Made by a program: the position numbers and the translations under genes
Shown: positions 28,456 to 36,958 of the stretch, in pieces
How positions within the stretch are numbered: position 1 is the stretch's first letter
Layout of the letters: each line of letters starts with the position of its first letter
Notes under the pieces: model-generated
The model's database searches: none
The model's input: only the letters and a program-made list of their open reading frames with translations
What the model was told of the DNA's origin: nothing
Assembly (NCBI GenBank): GCA_964512735.1
Contig: CAZEKQ010000003.1
Coordinates: 5,951-69,950 of the forward strand
Direction of reading: 5' to 3'
Length of the DNA stretch: 64,000 bases
From: an uncultured Eubacteriales bacterium
GTDB lineage: Bacteria; Bacillota; Clostridia; Oscillospirales; Acutalibacteraceae

Positions 28456-28539
28456 CTAAACTTCTTCTTTTTTAATTCCAAAAATAAACCTTAAAAAACC
28501 TCTCATAATCTTGGGACTTCTAACTACTACAACTTTCAT
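28456..28539 (-). CDS. spoVM: Stage V sporulation protein M (27-aa amphipathic peptide)
   Basis: Not in the ORF track because it is too short. ATG 28539, preceded by GGGGGA, encodes MKVVVVRSPKIMRGFLRFIFGIKKEEV and ends at TAG. It resembles B. subtilis SpoVM (MKFYTIKLPKFLGGIVRAMLGSFRKD) in length, the xPKxxxG core and the basic tail. It lies downstream of rsgA, as in the B. subtilis ylo region. Confidence 0.8.
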   Translation of the reverse strand: MKVVVVRSPKIMRGFLRFIFGIKKEEV

Positions 28540-28580
28540 ATGCTATCCCCCAATTCTGTTCTAACACTCAAAGCTATTTC

Positions 28581-28609
28581 ATTATACGCCAATAAAAATA
28601 AAGTGTGAA
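28581..28609 (-). promoter_or_regulatory. Candidate promoter for spoVM
   Basis: Minus strand TTCACA-17 nt-TATAAT, immediately after the rsgA terminator. The sigma factor specificity (sigma-A versus sigma-E) cannot be decided by eye. Confidence 0.4.
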
Positions 28610-28610
28610 A

Positions 28611-28635
28611 ACAAAAAGGAGCTTTTAAAGCTCCC
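28611..28635 (-). terminator. Terminator overlapping the rsgA stop codon
   Basis: Minus strand GGGAGCTTTAAAAGCTCC palindrome followed by TTTTTGTTTTC. Confidence 0.6.
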
Positions 28636-29503
28636 AATCTTTGACATCCTTAACTTCCATATACATTGTTTTATAACTATTATGCCTTGACTCGCTAATC
28701 TCACCTGATTCCACAGCACTTAAAATACTGCAACCTTTATCATTGATATGCTTACAAGATGTGAACTTACAAGCTCCAATATACTGTGCAAACTCCGGAA
28801 AGCAATACTGCAAATCATCTTTTAGTATTATTTCACTACGCTCAATTTCAAGGGAGGAAAATCCTGGAGTGTCTGCAACATATCCATCCTGTATTTTAAA
28901 TAGTTGGGTATGCCTCGTTGTATGTCTGCCTCTTCCAAGTTTTTCACTAATTTCTCCCGTAGATAATCCAAGCCTTTCATCTATACAATTTAAAAGGGTA
29001 GATTTTCCTACACCGGAATTTCCTGTAAATGCACTAATTTTACCATTTAGTGTGTTTTTTAGCTCGTCTATTCCTTCGCCAGTTTTGGCAGATGCACACA
29101 ATGTTTTAAATCCCGATTTTGAATATATTTCAAAAAGTTCTTCTACACCTTGCAAGTCCGTTTTGTTAAGTACGATAATCGGCTCAATATCCCTATTGCA
29201 AGCAATTGCCGTAAGCTTATCAATTATCAGAGTGCTAGGATTTGGCTCGCAAGAAGATGCAACAATTATTAATTGGTCTAAGTTTGCAATCGGTGGACGC
29301 TTTAAATAATTTTTTCTAGGCTCTATTTCTTCTATTGTATTTTCTGCATCCCCATTTATAGAAATGCTTACAAAGTCACCAGCAAGAGGTGTTATTTTAT
29401 CTTTTCTAAAAACACCTCTTGCCTTACATTCATATATTCCGCTGGCGGTTTCCACATAGTAGAAACCGCCTATTCCTTTAATTATAAGTCCCTTTTGTTG
29501 CAT
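28625..29503 (-). CDS. rsgA: Ribosome small-subunit-dependent GTPase A
   Basis: 292 aa. G1 motif GNSGVGKSTLLN, circularly permuted G4 (LNKTD) upstream of G1, C-terminal zinc knuckle CKFTSCKHINDKGC. Confidence 0.93.
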   Translation of the reverse strand: MQQKGLIIKGIGGFYYVETASGIYECKARGVFRKDKITPLAGDFVSISINGDAENTIEEIEPRKNYLKRPPIANLDQLIIVASSCEPNPSTLIIDKLTAIACNRDIEPIIVLNKTDLQGVEELFEIYSKSGFKTLCASAKTGEGIDELKNTLNGKISAFTGNSGVGKSTLLNCIDERLGLSTGEISEKLGRGRHTTRHTQLFKIQDGYVADTPGFSSLEIERSEIILKDDLQYCFPEFAQYIGACKFTSCKHINDKGCSILSAVESGEISESRHNSYKTMYMEVKDVKDWEL

Positions 29504-29519
29504 AATCGTTTATCTCCAA

Positions 29520-31685
29520 TTAGATAAGTGGCTTGCCAATTGTAATTTCTACCTTATCAGTAGGAACCGCTTTTGCTCCACCTTTAGGGCTTTGAGTTAC
29601 AACCTTACCCTCATTTGCTGATGTTGATATCATTTCTGATTTACTGATGTTTCTAAAGCCAGCGTTTTCAAGAATTGTTCTTGCCTCTTTCTCTGTTTTA
29701 CCTAAAACATCTGGAACAACAGAACTCAAAGGATAATCAGAGGATGTATTCACACCCGTTGCAACTGCTGGATTTTTTGTGAAATCTATATTGCACTCAT
29801 AAATTTTATAATTCTGCCTATCCTTTGTTACAACAACCTTGAATTTATTGTTTGCCCCTGTTCCTTGAACTGGAACATTCCAACTTCCGCCATCAAGATC
29901 AACGATTCTGCTATATATATTCTCGTTATTAAGATAAGCTGTTGCAACACCGCTCAAGCTAGAGTCATTGGGCAGTGTAACTGTGACTGTTCCACTTGAA
30001 ACACTTGGTACCCCAGAGCTTACAACAATGTTTACTTTTGTACCCTTAGCTACTTTTCTCTTAGGGTCAATACTTTGGCTTAGTACTTGACCTTTTGGCA
30101 AGTTACTCTCTTTTTCCGTTACTTCACCAAGCTCTAAATCTGCACTGTTCAAGAAAGTTTTTGCATCTTGCGGACTTTTCAAATCAATCAGTCTTGGCAC
30201 TTCAACATCGTCTTCATTTTCATCAGTAGCTACATATATTATTATTGTTGTGGACACATCTACCTTTTTGCCTTCAGAAGGCTCACAACCTATTACTGTA
30301 CCTTTTTCAGTTCTTGGGTCATATTTTTTAACCGGCTTTCCAATGTTTGTAAAGCCCGCCTGAACCAATTTTTGTTCTGCTGTTGCATAATCAAGTCCAC
30401 TAATATCAGGAATTGTTTTTTTAGTACCACCCGATACAACATCGAGCTTTATCGTGCTTCCCTTTTTAACCTTTGCGGAAGCATAAGGACTTTGTTTTAA
30501 AACTTGACCCGACTTAGAATTTGAGCTATTCACATATGAAACATCAAATTTAAAATCTTTGTACTCAGGATTATCCCTAATATCATTTTCATAATATAGA
30601 CCTAAAAAGTTTGGAACCTCAATTTTTTCACTTTTAAATACATCTGTAAAGAAAAACAAAAATCCCATAATAAGTAGAAGAACAACAAGTAAAGCGGACA
30701 AAACTCCAATAAGCACTGGAATTGTATTCTTTTGCTCTTCTTCATAATCTTCGTCATCAAAATCATCTGAACTGATTGAAGAAGATAATTGAGAAGGCTT
30801 ATTTATAAACTTTGTTGGCTCATCGTCAACAAAATATCTATAATCAAATTTAATTGCAGGATTACGCTTAAACTCATCCAAATCTAGTAGCATTTCTGCT
30901 GCAGATTGATAACGCTCCTTCGGATTTTTTTGCATAGCCCTCATTGTGATTTGCTCAAGACCAAGTGGGATTTCTGGATTAATTTCCCTTGGTTGTTTTG
31001 CTTCTGCTTGAAGTTGCATAATTGCAACAGAAACAGCGCTATCCGATTGAAACGGTAGCTCTCCAGTCAACATTTCATACATAACAACACCGACAGAGTA
31101 AATATCTGCTTTGTCGTCTGTTATTTCTCCCCTTGCTTGTTCAGGGCTAATATAATGAACAGAGCCAATTGCACTTTCGGTCATAGTGCGTGTTTCACTA
31201 CGGCTAAAGCGTGCAATTCCAAAATCCGTTACCTTTATGTTACCATTTTGTAATAGCAAAATGTTTTGTGGCTTGACATCTCTATGAACAATTCCTTTAT
31301 CATGAGCGTGCTGTAAAGCCCTTAAAATTTGCGTTGTAAAATGAACAGCCTCTTTCCAATTAATTACCTTTTGCTGTTCAATGTACTCTTTAAGAGTAAT
31401 GCCCTCAATATATTCCATAACAATATATTGCAGCCTATCCCCAAAGCTCACATCATAAACCTTCACAATATTAGGATGTGAAAGCACTGCTATTGCCTTT
31501 GATTCATTTTTAAAACGGCGACGAAACTCTTCGTTTGCCAAAAATTCCTCTTTTAAAATCTTTACTGCTACTACTCGGTCATCAATATTATCGTATGCTT
31601 TATAAACAATTGCCATGCCACCAACACCGATAATCTCCTTTATTTCATAACGACCATCAAGCCTCTTCCCAACATAGCTATCCAT
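29520..31685 (-). CDS. prkC: Ser/Thr protein kinase with extracellular PASTA repeats
   Basis: Hanks kinase motifs GVGGMAIVYKA, HRDVKPQN, DFGIA. One TM helix (VLIGVLSALLVVLLLIMGFLFFF), then PASTA-like repeats. I prefer ATG 31685 (MDSYVGKRL), which has GGGAG 8 nt upstream, over the track start at 31700. Confidence 0.92.
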   Translation of the reverse strand: MDSYVGKRLDGRYEIKEIIGVGGMAIVYKAYDNIDDRVVAVKILKEEFLANEEFRRRFKNESKAIAVLSHPNIVKVYDVSFGDRLQYIVMEYIEGITLKEYIEQQKVINWKEAVHFTTQILRALQHAHDKGIVHRDVKPQNILLLQNGNIKVTDFGIARFSRSETRTMTESAIGSVHYISPEQARGEITDDKADIYSVGVVMYEMLTGELPFQSDSAVSVAIMQLQAEAKQPREINPEIPLGLEQITMRAMQKNPKERYQSAAEMLLDLDEFKRNPAIKFDYRYFVDDEPTKFINKPSQLSSSISSDDFDDEDYEEEQKNTIPVLIGVLSALLVVLLLIMGFLFFFTDVFKSEKIEVPNFLGLYYENDIRDNPEYKDFKFDVSYVNSSNSKSGQVLKQSPYASAKVKKGSTIKLDVVSGGTKKTIPDISGLDYATAEQKLVQAGFTNIGKPVKKYDPRTEKGTVIGCEPSEGKKVDVSTTIIIYVATDENEDDVEVPRLIDLKSPQDAKTFLNSADLELGEVTEKESNLPKGQVLSQSIDPKRKVAKGTKVNIVVSSGVPSVSSGTVTVTLPNDSSLSGVATAYLNNENIYSRIVDLDGGSWNVPVQGTGANNKFKVVVTKDRQNYKIYECNIDFTKNPAVATGVNTSSDYPLSSVVPDVLGKTEKEARTILENAGFRNISKSEMISTSANEGKVVTQSPKGGAKAVPTDKVEITIGKPLI

Positions 31686-31716
31686 AAACTGCACTCCCAT
31701 CCTGTCTCGAACGATG

Positions 31717-32445
31717 TTAATTTGCTACTACAACAACAGTAATATTATCTCCACCACCGTTGTCGTTCGCAAGTTCTACAAGTTTGTCAGCGAATTCATA
31801 ATATTTTCCGCTACTTGTTATATTGTATATATCATCGGTCTCAACATAATTTGTAAGACCGTCTGTGCACATTAATAAAACATTATCATTACTAAATACT
31901 TGCTCGCAAAAATCTATTTTTATATCTTCATTTACACCAAGTGCACGAGTAATTAAATTTTTCCTTGGATGAGTTTTTGCCTGTGCTGGTGTAAGCTCGC
32001 CCGTTTCAACCATTGCTTGAACAACTGAATGGTCTTTAGTAATTTGTTTTATCCCATCCTCTGAAACAAGATAAGCTCTGCTATCTCCTGCATGGGCAAT
32101 GTAAACTACATTGTTTGCAATAATTGCAGCAACAACAGTTGTGCCCATTCCTTTTAATTCTTCGTTTGCCCGTGACATATCAAAAATACTAATGTTTGCA
32201 TTTGTAATTGCAGTTACCAATATATTTTCTATTGATAAGGTGCTCATACCCTCTCTATATCCAGAGGTAATTTGCTCTGAAATCATTTTAACGGCAGTTG
32301 AGCTTGCTATATTTCCGCCGGCACTCCCGCCCATTCCATCGCAAACAACAGCCCACGCTACTCCATTTGGCAGCTCTCCTGCTGCATAAGAATCTTGATT
32401 TGATTTTCTAACTTTGCCCGCATCAGTTTTTGCAACTATTTTCAA
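31717..32445 (-). CDS. prpC: PP2C-family Ser/Thr phosphatase
   Basis: TDAGKVRKSNQDS, VCDGMGG, CTDGLTN, GGGDNITVV. TTG 32445 lies 7 nt after GGGAGGG and gives LKIVAKTD. The track ORF extends 21 codons further, into rlmN. Confidence 0.9.
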   Translation of the reverse strand: MKIVAKTDAGKVRKSNQDSYAAGELPNGVAWAVVCDGMGGSAGGNIASSTAVKMISEQITSGYREGMSTLSIENILVTAITNANISIFDMSRANEELKGMGTTVVAAIIANNVVYIAHAGDSRAYLVSEDGIKQITKDHSVVQAMVETGELTPAQAKTHPRKNLITRALGVNEDIKIDFCEQVFSNDNVLLMCTDGLTNYVETDDIYNITSSGKYYEFADKLVELANDNGGGDNITVVVVAN

Positions 32446-33487
32446 AGCCGTTCCCTCCCTTTTCGTAACCCCTACGAAGTTGGCCACAAGAAGCGTCAAT
32501 GTCCCCACCCATACTGCGGCGAACGGTTACTGTAATTCCTTTGCTTTCAAGAATCTTTGAAAACGCCATAAGACGTTCATTTGTACTTCTAATGTAATCG
32601 TTTTCTTTTACTTCATTTGCAGGGATAAGATTGACATGACATAACATACCCTTAAGCTTTAAAGCCAACAAATTTGCACATTCATCCGTATCATTTATGC
32701 CATTTATCATAGCATATTCAAAAGATATTCTGCGTGAGGTTTGGCTAGTATAGCTACGGCAAGCTTCCAGTAACTCGTCTACACCCCATTTTAAATTTAC
32801 TGGCATTATTTTTGTTCTTATTTCATCGCTAGGTGCGTGTAAGGAAACTGAAAGAGTAATTTGTAGCTTTTGCTTTTGCAACTCATAAATTTTAGGCACT
32901 ATTCCACAAGTTGAAATTGAAATATGTCTAGCACCTATGTTTGCACCCTTATCATTTGTTATAAGGTCTAAAAATCGAACTACATTATCATAGTTATCGA
33001 GTGGTTCGCCCATTCCCATCAACACTATGTGTGAAATTCTAATCCCTAAATCTTTTTGTGCTTTATAAACTTGTGCCAACATTTCTGAAGGCTCTAAATT
33101 TCTAAAAAATCCGTCAAGTGCTGAGGCACAAAAAGAGCATTTCATCTTACAGCCAACCTGTGTTGATATGCATATAGTATAACCATACTTATATTTCATA
33201 ACAACGGACTCAATATATTCACCATCATTTAACTTAAAAAGGTATTTTATTGTATCATTATACTCGGATACAAGTTTTTTTTCAATACTACAGTTTAAAA
33301 GTTCAAAATTATCATCAAGCGTTTTCCGCAGTTCTTTTGATAAGTTTGTCATCTCATCAAAGCTATCAACATTCTTTTGATGAAGCCACGAATATGTCTG
33401 ACCCGCTCGAAACTTAGGCTGTTTTAATTCTACAATGGCCTGTGTTAGTTCTTCTATGGTCATTGATTTAATATCCGTTTTATTCAA
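32423..33487 (-). CDS. rlmN: 23S rRNA/tRNA (adenine-C2)-methyltransferase RlmN (radical SAM)
   Basis: 354 aa. Radical SAM cluster motif GCKMKCSFCAS, C-terminal CGQL. TTG start after GGAG. Confidence 0.92.
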   Translation of the reverse strand: MNKTDIKSMTIEELTQAIVELKQPKFRAGQTYSWLHQKNVDSFDEMTNLSKELRKTLDDNFELLNCSIEKKLVSEYNDTIKYLFKLNDGEYIESVVMKYKYGYTICISTQVGCKMKCSFCASALDGFFRNLEPSEMLAQVYKAQKDLGIRISHIVLMGMGEPLDNYDNVVRFLDLITNDKGANIGARHISISTCGIVPKIYELQKQKLQITLSVSLHAPSDEIRTKIMPVNLKWGVDELLEACRSYTSQTSRRISFEYAMINGINDTDECANLLALKLKGMLCHVNLIPANEVKENDYIRSTNERLMAFSKILESKGITVTVRRSMGGDIDASCGQLRRGYEKGGNGFENSCKN

Positions 33488-33491
33488 ACTT

Positions 33492-34814
33492 TCACTCCGT
33501 TCTAACGAAAGTGGCTATAAAAAAACCATCCGAATTATTTATATGTGGCATAAGCGTCAAATAGTTAGAGTCATTATTAAAAGTATTGACATTTTCAAGC
33601 GATTTTACCACAGAAAACTGCTTGTTCTCTTCTAAAAATCTATCGCAAACCTCATCATTTTCTGCTAAATTTAAGGAGCAGGTTGAATACAGAAGTGTGC
33701 CACCTTTTTTAACATATTTTGAAGCAGTTTGCAATATATCGTACTGTATGTTTGGTAAATTGTCAATATCTTCTAATTTTTTGTATTTTATTTCTGGCTT
33801 TCTTCTTATTATTCCAAGTCCCGAGCATGGTACATCACACAAAACTTTATCTGCAAAACCTATGCTATCATCAAAAACTGATGCGTCTAATGTTTTTGCA
33901 TTTAAGTTTGTTATACCAAGTCTTTTTGCACCATCTTCGATTAATTTTACCCTTTCTTTATAAAGGTCAAAAGAATACACAAAACCGTCATTTTTCATAT
34001 ACTCGCAAATCGTAAAACTTTTTCCACCAGGTGCTGCACACAGGTCAAATACCACATCATCACCTTTTGCATTTAATGCCTTGCAACAAAGTTGAGATGC
34101 GGTATCCTGAACATGGAACAATCCATCTTTATACGCTTTAATATTTTCTATTGAACCTGATTTTTCAAGTACAATTGCATTTTCTATTTCTTTACAAATA
34201 CTTGCACTAATTCCTTGCTCACTAAATATATTCATCAACTCATTTGTAGTTGTTTTAAGCGTGTTAACCCTAACTACTGTTGATGCAGTTTCAAGTGAGG
34301 ACTCCATAATTTTTACTGCTGTGTCCTCACCATAAGAATTTATCCACAAGTTTACAATATCAACAGGACAAGAATATTTAATACTATAATAAAAAGTTTT
34401 ATCTTTTTTATAGTCTGGGAACTCTATTTCACAGCGAGAAATATTTCTAAGTACCGCATTAATAAGCCCACTTGCAAATGCACATTTATTCTTTTTAGAT
34501 AAATTCACACTTTCGTTAATAGCTGCAGAAACTGGAATTTTATCCATAAATAATATTTGATAAGCACCCATTCTTAAAATCACTAAAACCTCCGGCTTTA
34601 GCTTATTTATAGACTGTTTTAGATGCAGTGATATAACATAATCAAGTGTTATTCTTCGCTCAAGAACTCCATAAACTATCGCAGTTACTAATGCTTTATC
34701 TTTGCCATTCATTTTACACTCGCTTAACTTTGAATCTATTGCAAGATTTGAATAAGCACTATCCCTATGCATTTTTACTAAAATTTCAAACGCTGCTTGT
34801 CGTGCTGATTTCAT
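33492..34814 (-). CDS. rsmB: 16S rRNA (cytosine967-C5)-methyltransferase
   Basis: 440 aa. NusB-like N-terminal domain, SAM site DLCAAPGGKS, catalytic Cys motifs DVPCSG and YSTCS. Confidence 0.9.
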   Translation of the reverse strand: MKSARQAAFEILVKMHRDSAYSNLAIDSKLSECKMNGKDKALVTAIVYGVLERRITLDYVISLHLKQSINKLKPEVLVILRMGAYQILFMDKIPVSAAINESVNLSKKNKCAFASGLINAVLRNISRCEIEFPDYKKDKTFYYSIKYSCPVDIVNLWINSYGEDTAVKIMESSLETASTVVRVNTLKTTTNELMNIFSEQGISASICKEIENAIVLEKSGSIENIKAYKDGLFHVQDTASQLCCKALNAKGDDVVFDLCAAPGGKSFTICEYMKNDGFVYSFDLYKERVKLIEDGAKRLGITNLNAKTLDASVFDDSIGFADKVLCDVPCSGLGIIRRKPEIKYKKLEDIDNLPNIQYDILQTASKYVKKGGTLLYSTCSLNLAENDEVCDRFLEENKQFSVVKSLENVNTFNNDSNYLTLMPHINNSDGFFIATFVRTE

Positions 34815-34817
34815 AAA

Positions 34818-35513
34818 TTAGTCCCTTCTGTTTGAGTTTGTAATTAAAATCATTCTCATAAGGTTTGCAATAGAAACTGCAAGTGCCGCAATATATGTCA
34901 TAGCAGCAGCTGTCAGCACTCTTTTTGCTCCATCCGCCTCATCGTTATGCAAAATTCCTGTTTCATCAATTACTTTAATAGCTCTTCTGCTTGCATTAAA
35001 CTCAACAGGCAATGTAACAAATTGAAAAACTGCAACTAGTGCATAAAATAAAAGTCCAATCGATACAAGTGGAGCACTGTTAAAAATTAGTCCAATCATT
35101 GCAAGCGGGATACCTATTGTTGACCCTATGTTGCAAATTGGCAATATTGCATTTCTAACTTTTATTGGCGAATAACCTTGTGCGTGTTGTGCTGCGTGTC
35201 CTGCCTCGTGGCAAGCTACACCAATTGCAGCAATTGAAGTGCTAGAATAAACATCTTTAGACAGTCTAATTACATTGCTCCTTGGGTCATAATGGTCGGT
35301 TAAACTTCCCCCCACCATCTCAATTGCAACATCATTTATACCATAATGTGAAAGAACACGCCTTGCTGCTTCCTGACCTGTAATTCCCCTTTGGCTTCTT
35401 TGCTTTGAATACCTTGCAAATGTTGATTTTACTCTAAACTGGGCAATAAGTGCAAATATAAAAGCCGGCACTACAAGCACTAAATAATAATAATCCATCC
35501 TGTAAAGTGGCAT
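34818..35513 (-). CDS. Membrane zinc metallopeptidase (YugP-like, PF04298-type)
   Basis: 231 aa. HEAGHAAQH zinc motif flanked by TM helices. Family recalled from motif and architecture. Confidence 0.75.
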   Translation of the reverse strand: MPLYRMDYYYLVLVVPAFIFALIAQFRVKSTFARYSKQRSQRGITGQEAARRVLSHYGINDVAIEMVGGSLTDHYDPRSNVIRLSKDVYSSTSIAAIGVACHEAGHAAQHAQGYSPIKVRNAILPICNIGSTIGIPLAMIGLIFNSAPLVSIGLLFYALVAVFQFVTLPVEFNASRRAIKVIDETGILHNDEADGAKRVLTAAAMTYIAALAVSIANLMRMILITNSNRRD

Positions 35514-35531
35514 TAAAAATCACTCCTTGTT

Positions 35532-36458
35532 TTATTTAAAAAATATTCCCTCTTCAATCTTGCGACCTCTTAAATAATCTTGTGCAGACATACGCTTTGA
35601 ACCTTGTGCTTGGATTTGTAAAATCTCAATACACTTACCGTCCCCGCACGAAACTATTAGATTTTTATCTGATTTTATAACTTCCCCTGGCTTTGAGCCA
35701 GTTTCTTGCGACAACCTCGATAAGTGAATTTTTACAACTTTATCCTCTAATACTGCAGTTGCAACAGGCCACGGGGACAATCCCCTTATTTTATTATGAA
35801 TTGCTGTTGCACTTTCATTCCAATCTATCGGACAAAGGGATTTGTCAAGCATTGGAGAATATGTTGAAAGGCTATCATCCTGTTTTATTCTTTTAATACT
35901 GCCTTGTTGTATCTCTTCAATAGTTTGCGATAAAACGTCTGCACCAAGAACGCTAAGTCTGTCGTGAACTTCACCAGCGGTGTCATTTTCACCGATGTCT
36001 ATAGTCTTTGTGATTAACATATCGCCCGTATCAAGCCCCTGCTCCATATACATAGAAGTAACACCAGTCTGCTTGTCGCCATTAATCACAGACCACTGTA
36101 TTGGCGCCGCACCACGATATTTTGGCAAAACAGATGCGTGAATATTGATACAGCCATACTTTGGCAATTCAAGAATATCTACTGGCAAAATTTTGCCATA
36201 CGCTACAACAACAATCATTTCTGGATTTAGCTTTTTTAAAATATCTAAAGCCTCACCATTTTTTAGTGACAACGGCTGATAAACTTCTATACCGTTTTTT
36301 ATCGCGGTTTCTTTAACTGGTGGTGGCGTTAAAACATATCCCCTACCTTTTGGTTTGTCTGGCTGAGTAAACACCCCTAAAACATCGTGTCCATCACTGA
36401 TAATTCTATCAAGACAAGGCACCGCAAAATCAGGAGTACCCATAAAAACTATTTTCAA
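35532..36458 (-). CDS. fmt: Methionyl-tRNA formyltransferase
   Basis: 308 aa. MKIVFMGTPDFAV N-terminus, HASVLPKYRGAAPIQ motif. TTG start after GGAGGTG. Downstream of def. Confidence 0.95.
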   Translation of the reverse strand: MKIVFMGTPDFAVPCLDRIISDGHDVLGVFTQPDKPKGRGYVLTPPPVKETAIKNGIEVYQPLSLKNGEALDILKKLNPEMIVVVAYGKILPVDILELPKYGCINIHASVLPKYRGAAPIQWSVINGDKQTGVTSMYMEQGLDTGDMLITKTIDIGENDTAGEVHDRLSVLGADVLSQTIEEIQQGSIKRIKQDDSLSTYSPMLDKSLCPIDWNESATAIHNKIRGLSPWPVATAVLEDKVVKIHLSRLSQETGSKPGEVIKSDKNLIVSCGDGKCIEILQIQAQGSKRMSAQDYLRGRKIEEGIFFK

Positions 36459-36461
36459 ATA

Positions 36462-36932
36462 TTACACCTCCAAATCGGCGATTTTATCTGAGTCCTCTTT
36501 TAATCTATCCTTAAACACAATTCCATCTAAGTGGTCAATCTCGTGGCAAAAACATCTTGCTTTTAATTCTTCACCTTTATAAACGCACCATTGCCCATCT
36601 CTGTTTTGTGCTTTTACTTTTACCACAGCCGGACGAGATGTCACTCCATATTCCTCTGGAAAAGACAAGCAACCCTCTGCCTCATTTTGCTCTCCCTCTT
36701 GAGAGATTATTTCTGGATTTATAAGCTCTATTAGCCCTTCTCCAACATCAACCAAAACAACTCTTCTAAGGACTCCGATTTGAACAGCGGCAAGTCCACA
36801 TCCTTCATTTTTATACATTGTTTCAGCCATATCTTCAAGCAATTGCACGAGCCTATCATCAAACTTTTCAACAGGCCTGCTTTTTTTCTTCAAAATAGGG
36901 TCGCCCTTTATAATTATATTACGAATCGCCAT
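36462..36932 (-). CDS. def: Peptide deformylase
   Basis: 156 aa with the three PDF motifs GCGLAAVQIG, EGCLS and HEIDH. Confidence 0.96.
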   Translation of the reverse strand: MAIRNIIIKGDPILKKKSRPVEKFDDRLVQLLEDMAETMYKNEGCGLAAVQIGVLRRVVLVDVGEGLIELINPEIISQEGEQNEAEGCLSFPEEYGVTSRPAVVKVKAQNRDGQWCVYKGEELKARCFCHEIDHLDGIVFKDRLKEDSDKIADLEV

Positions 36933-36958
36933 ATTTAATCATCCTCTCTACCATAAAA

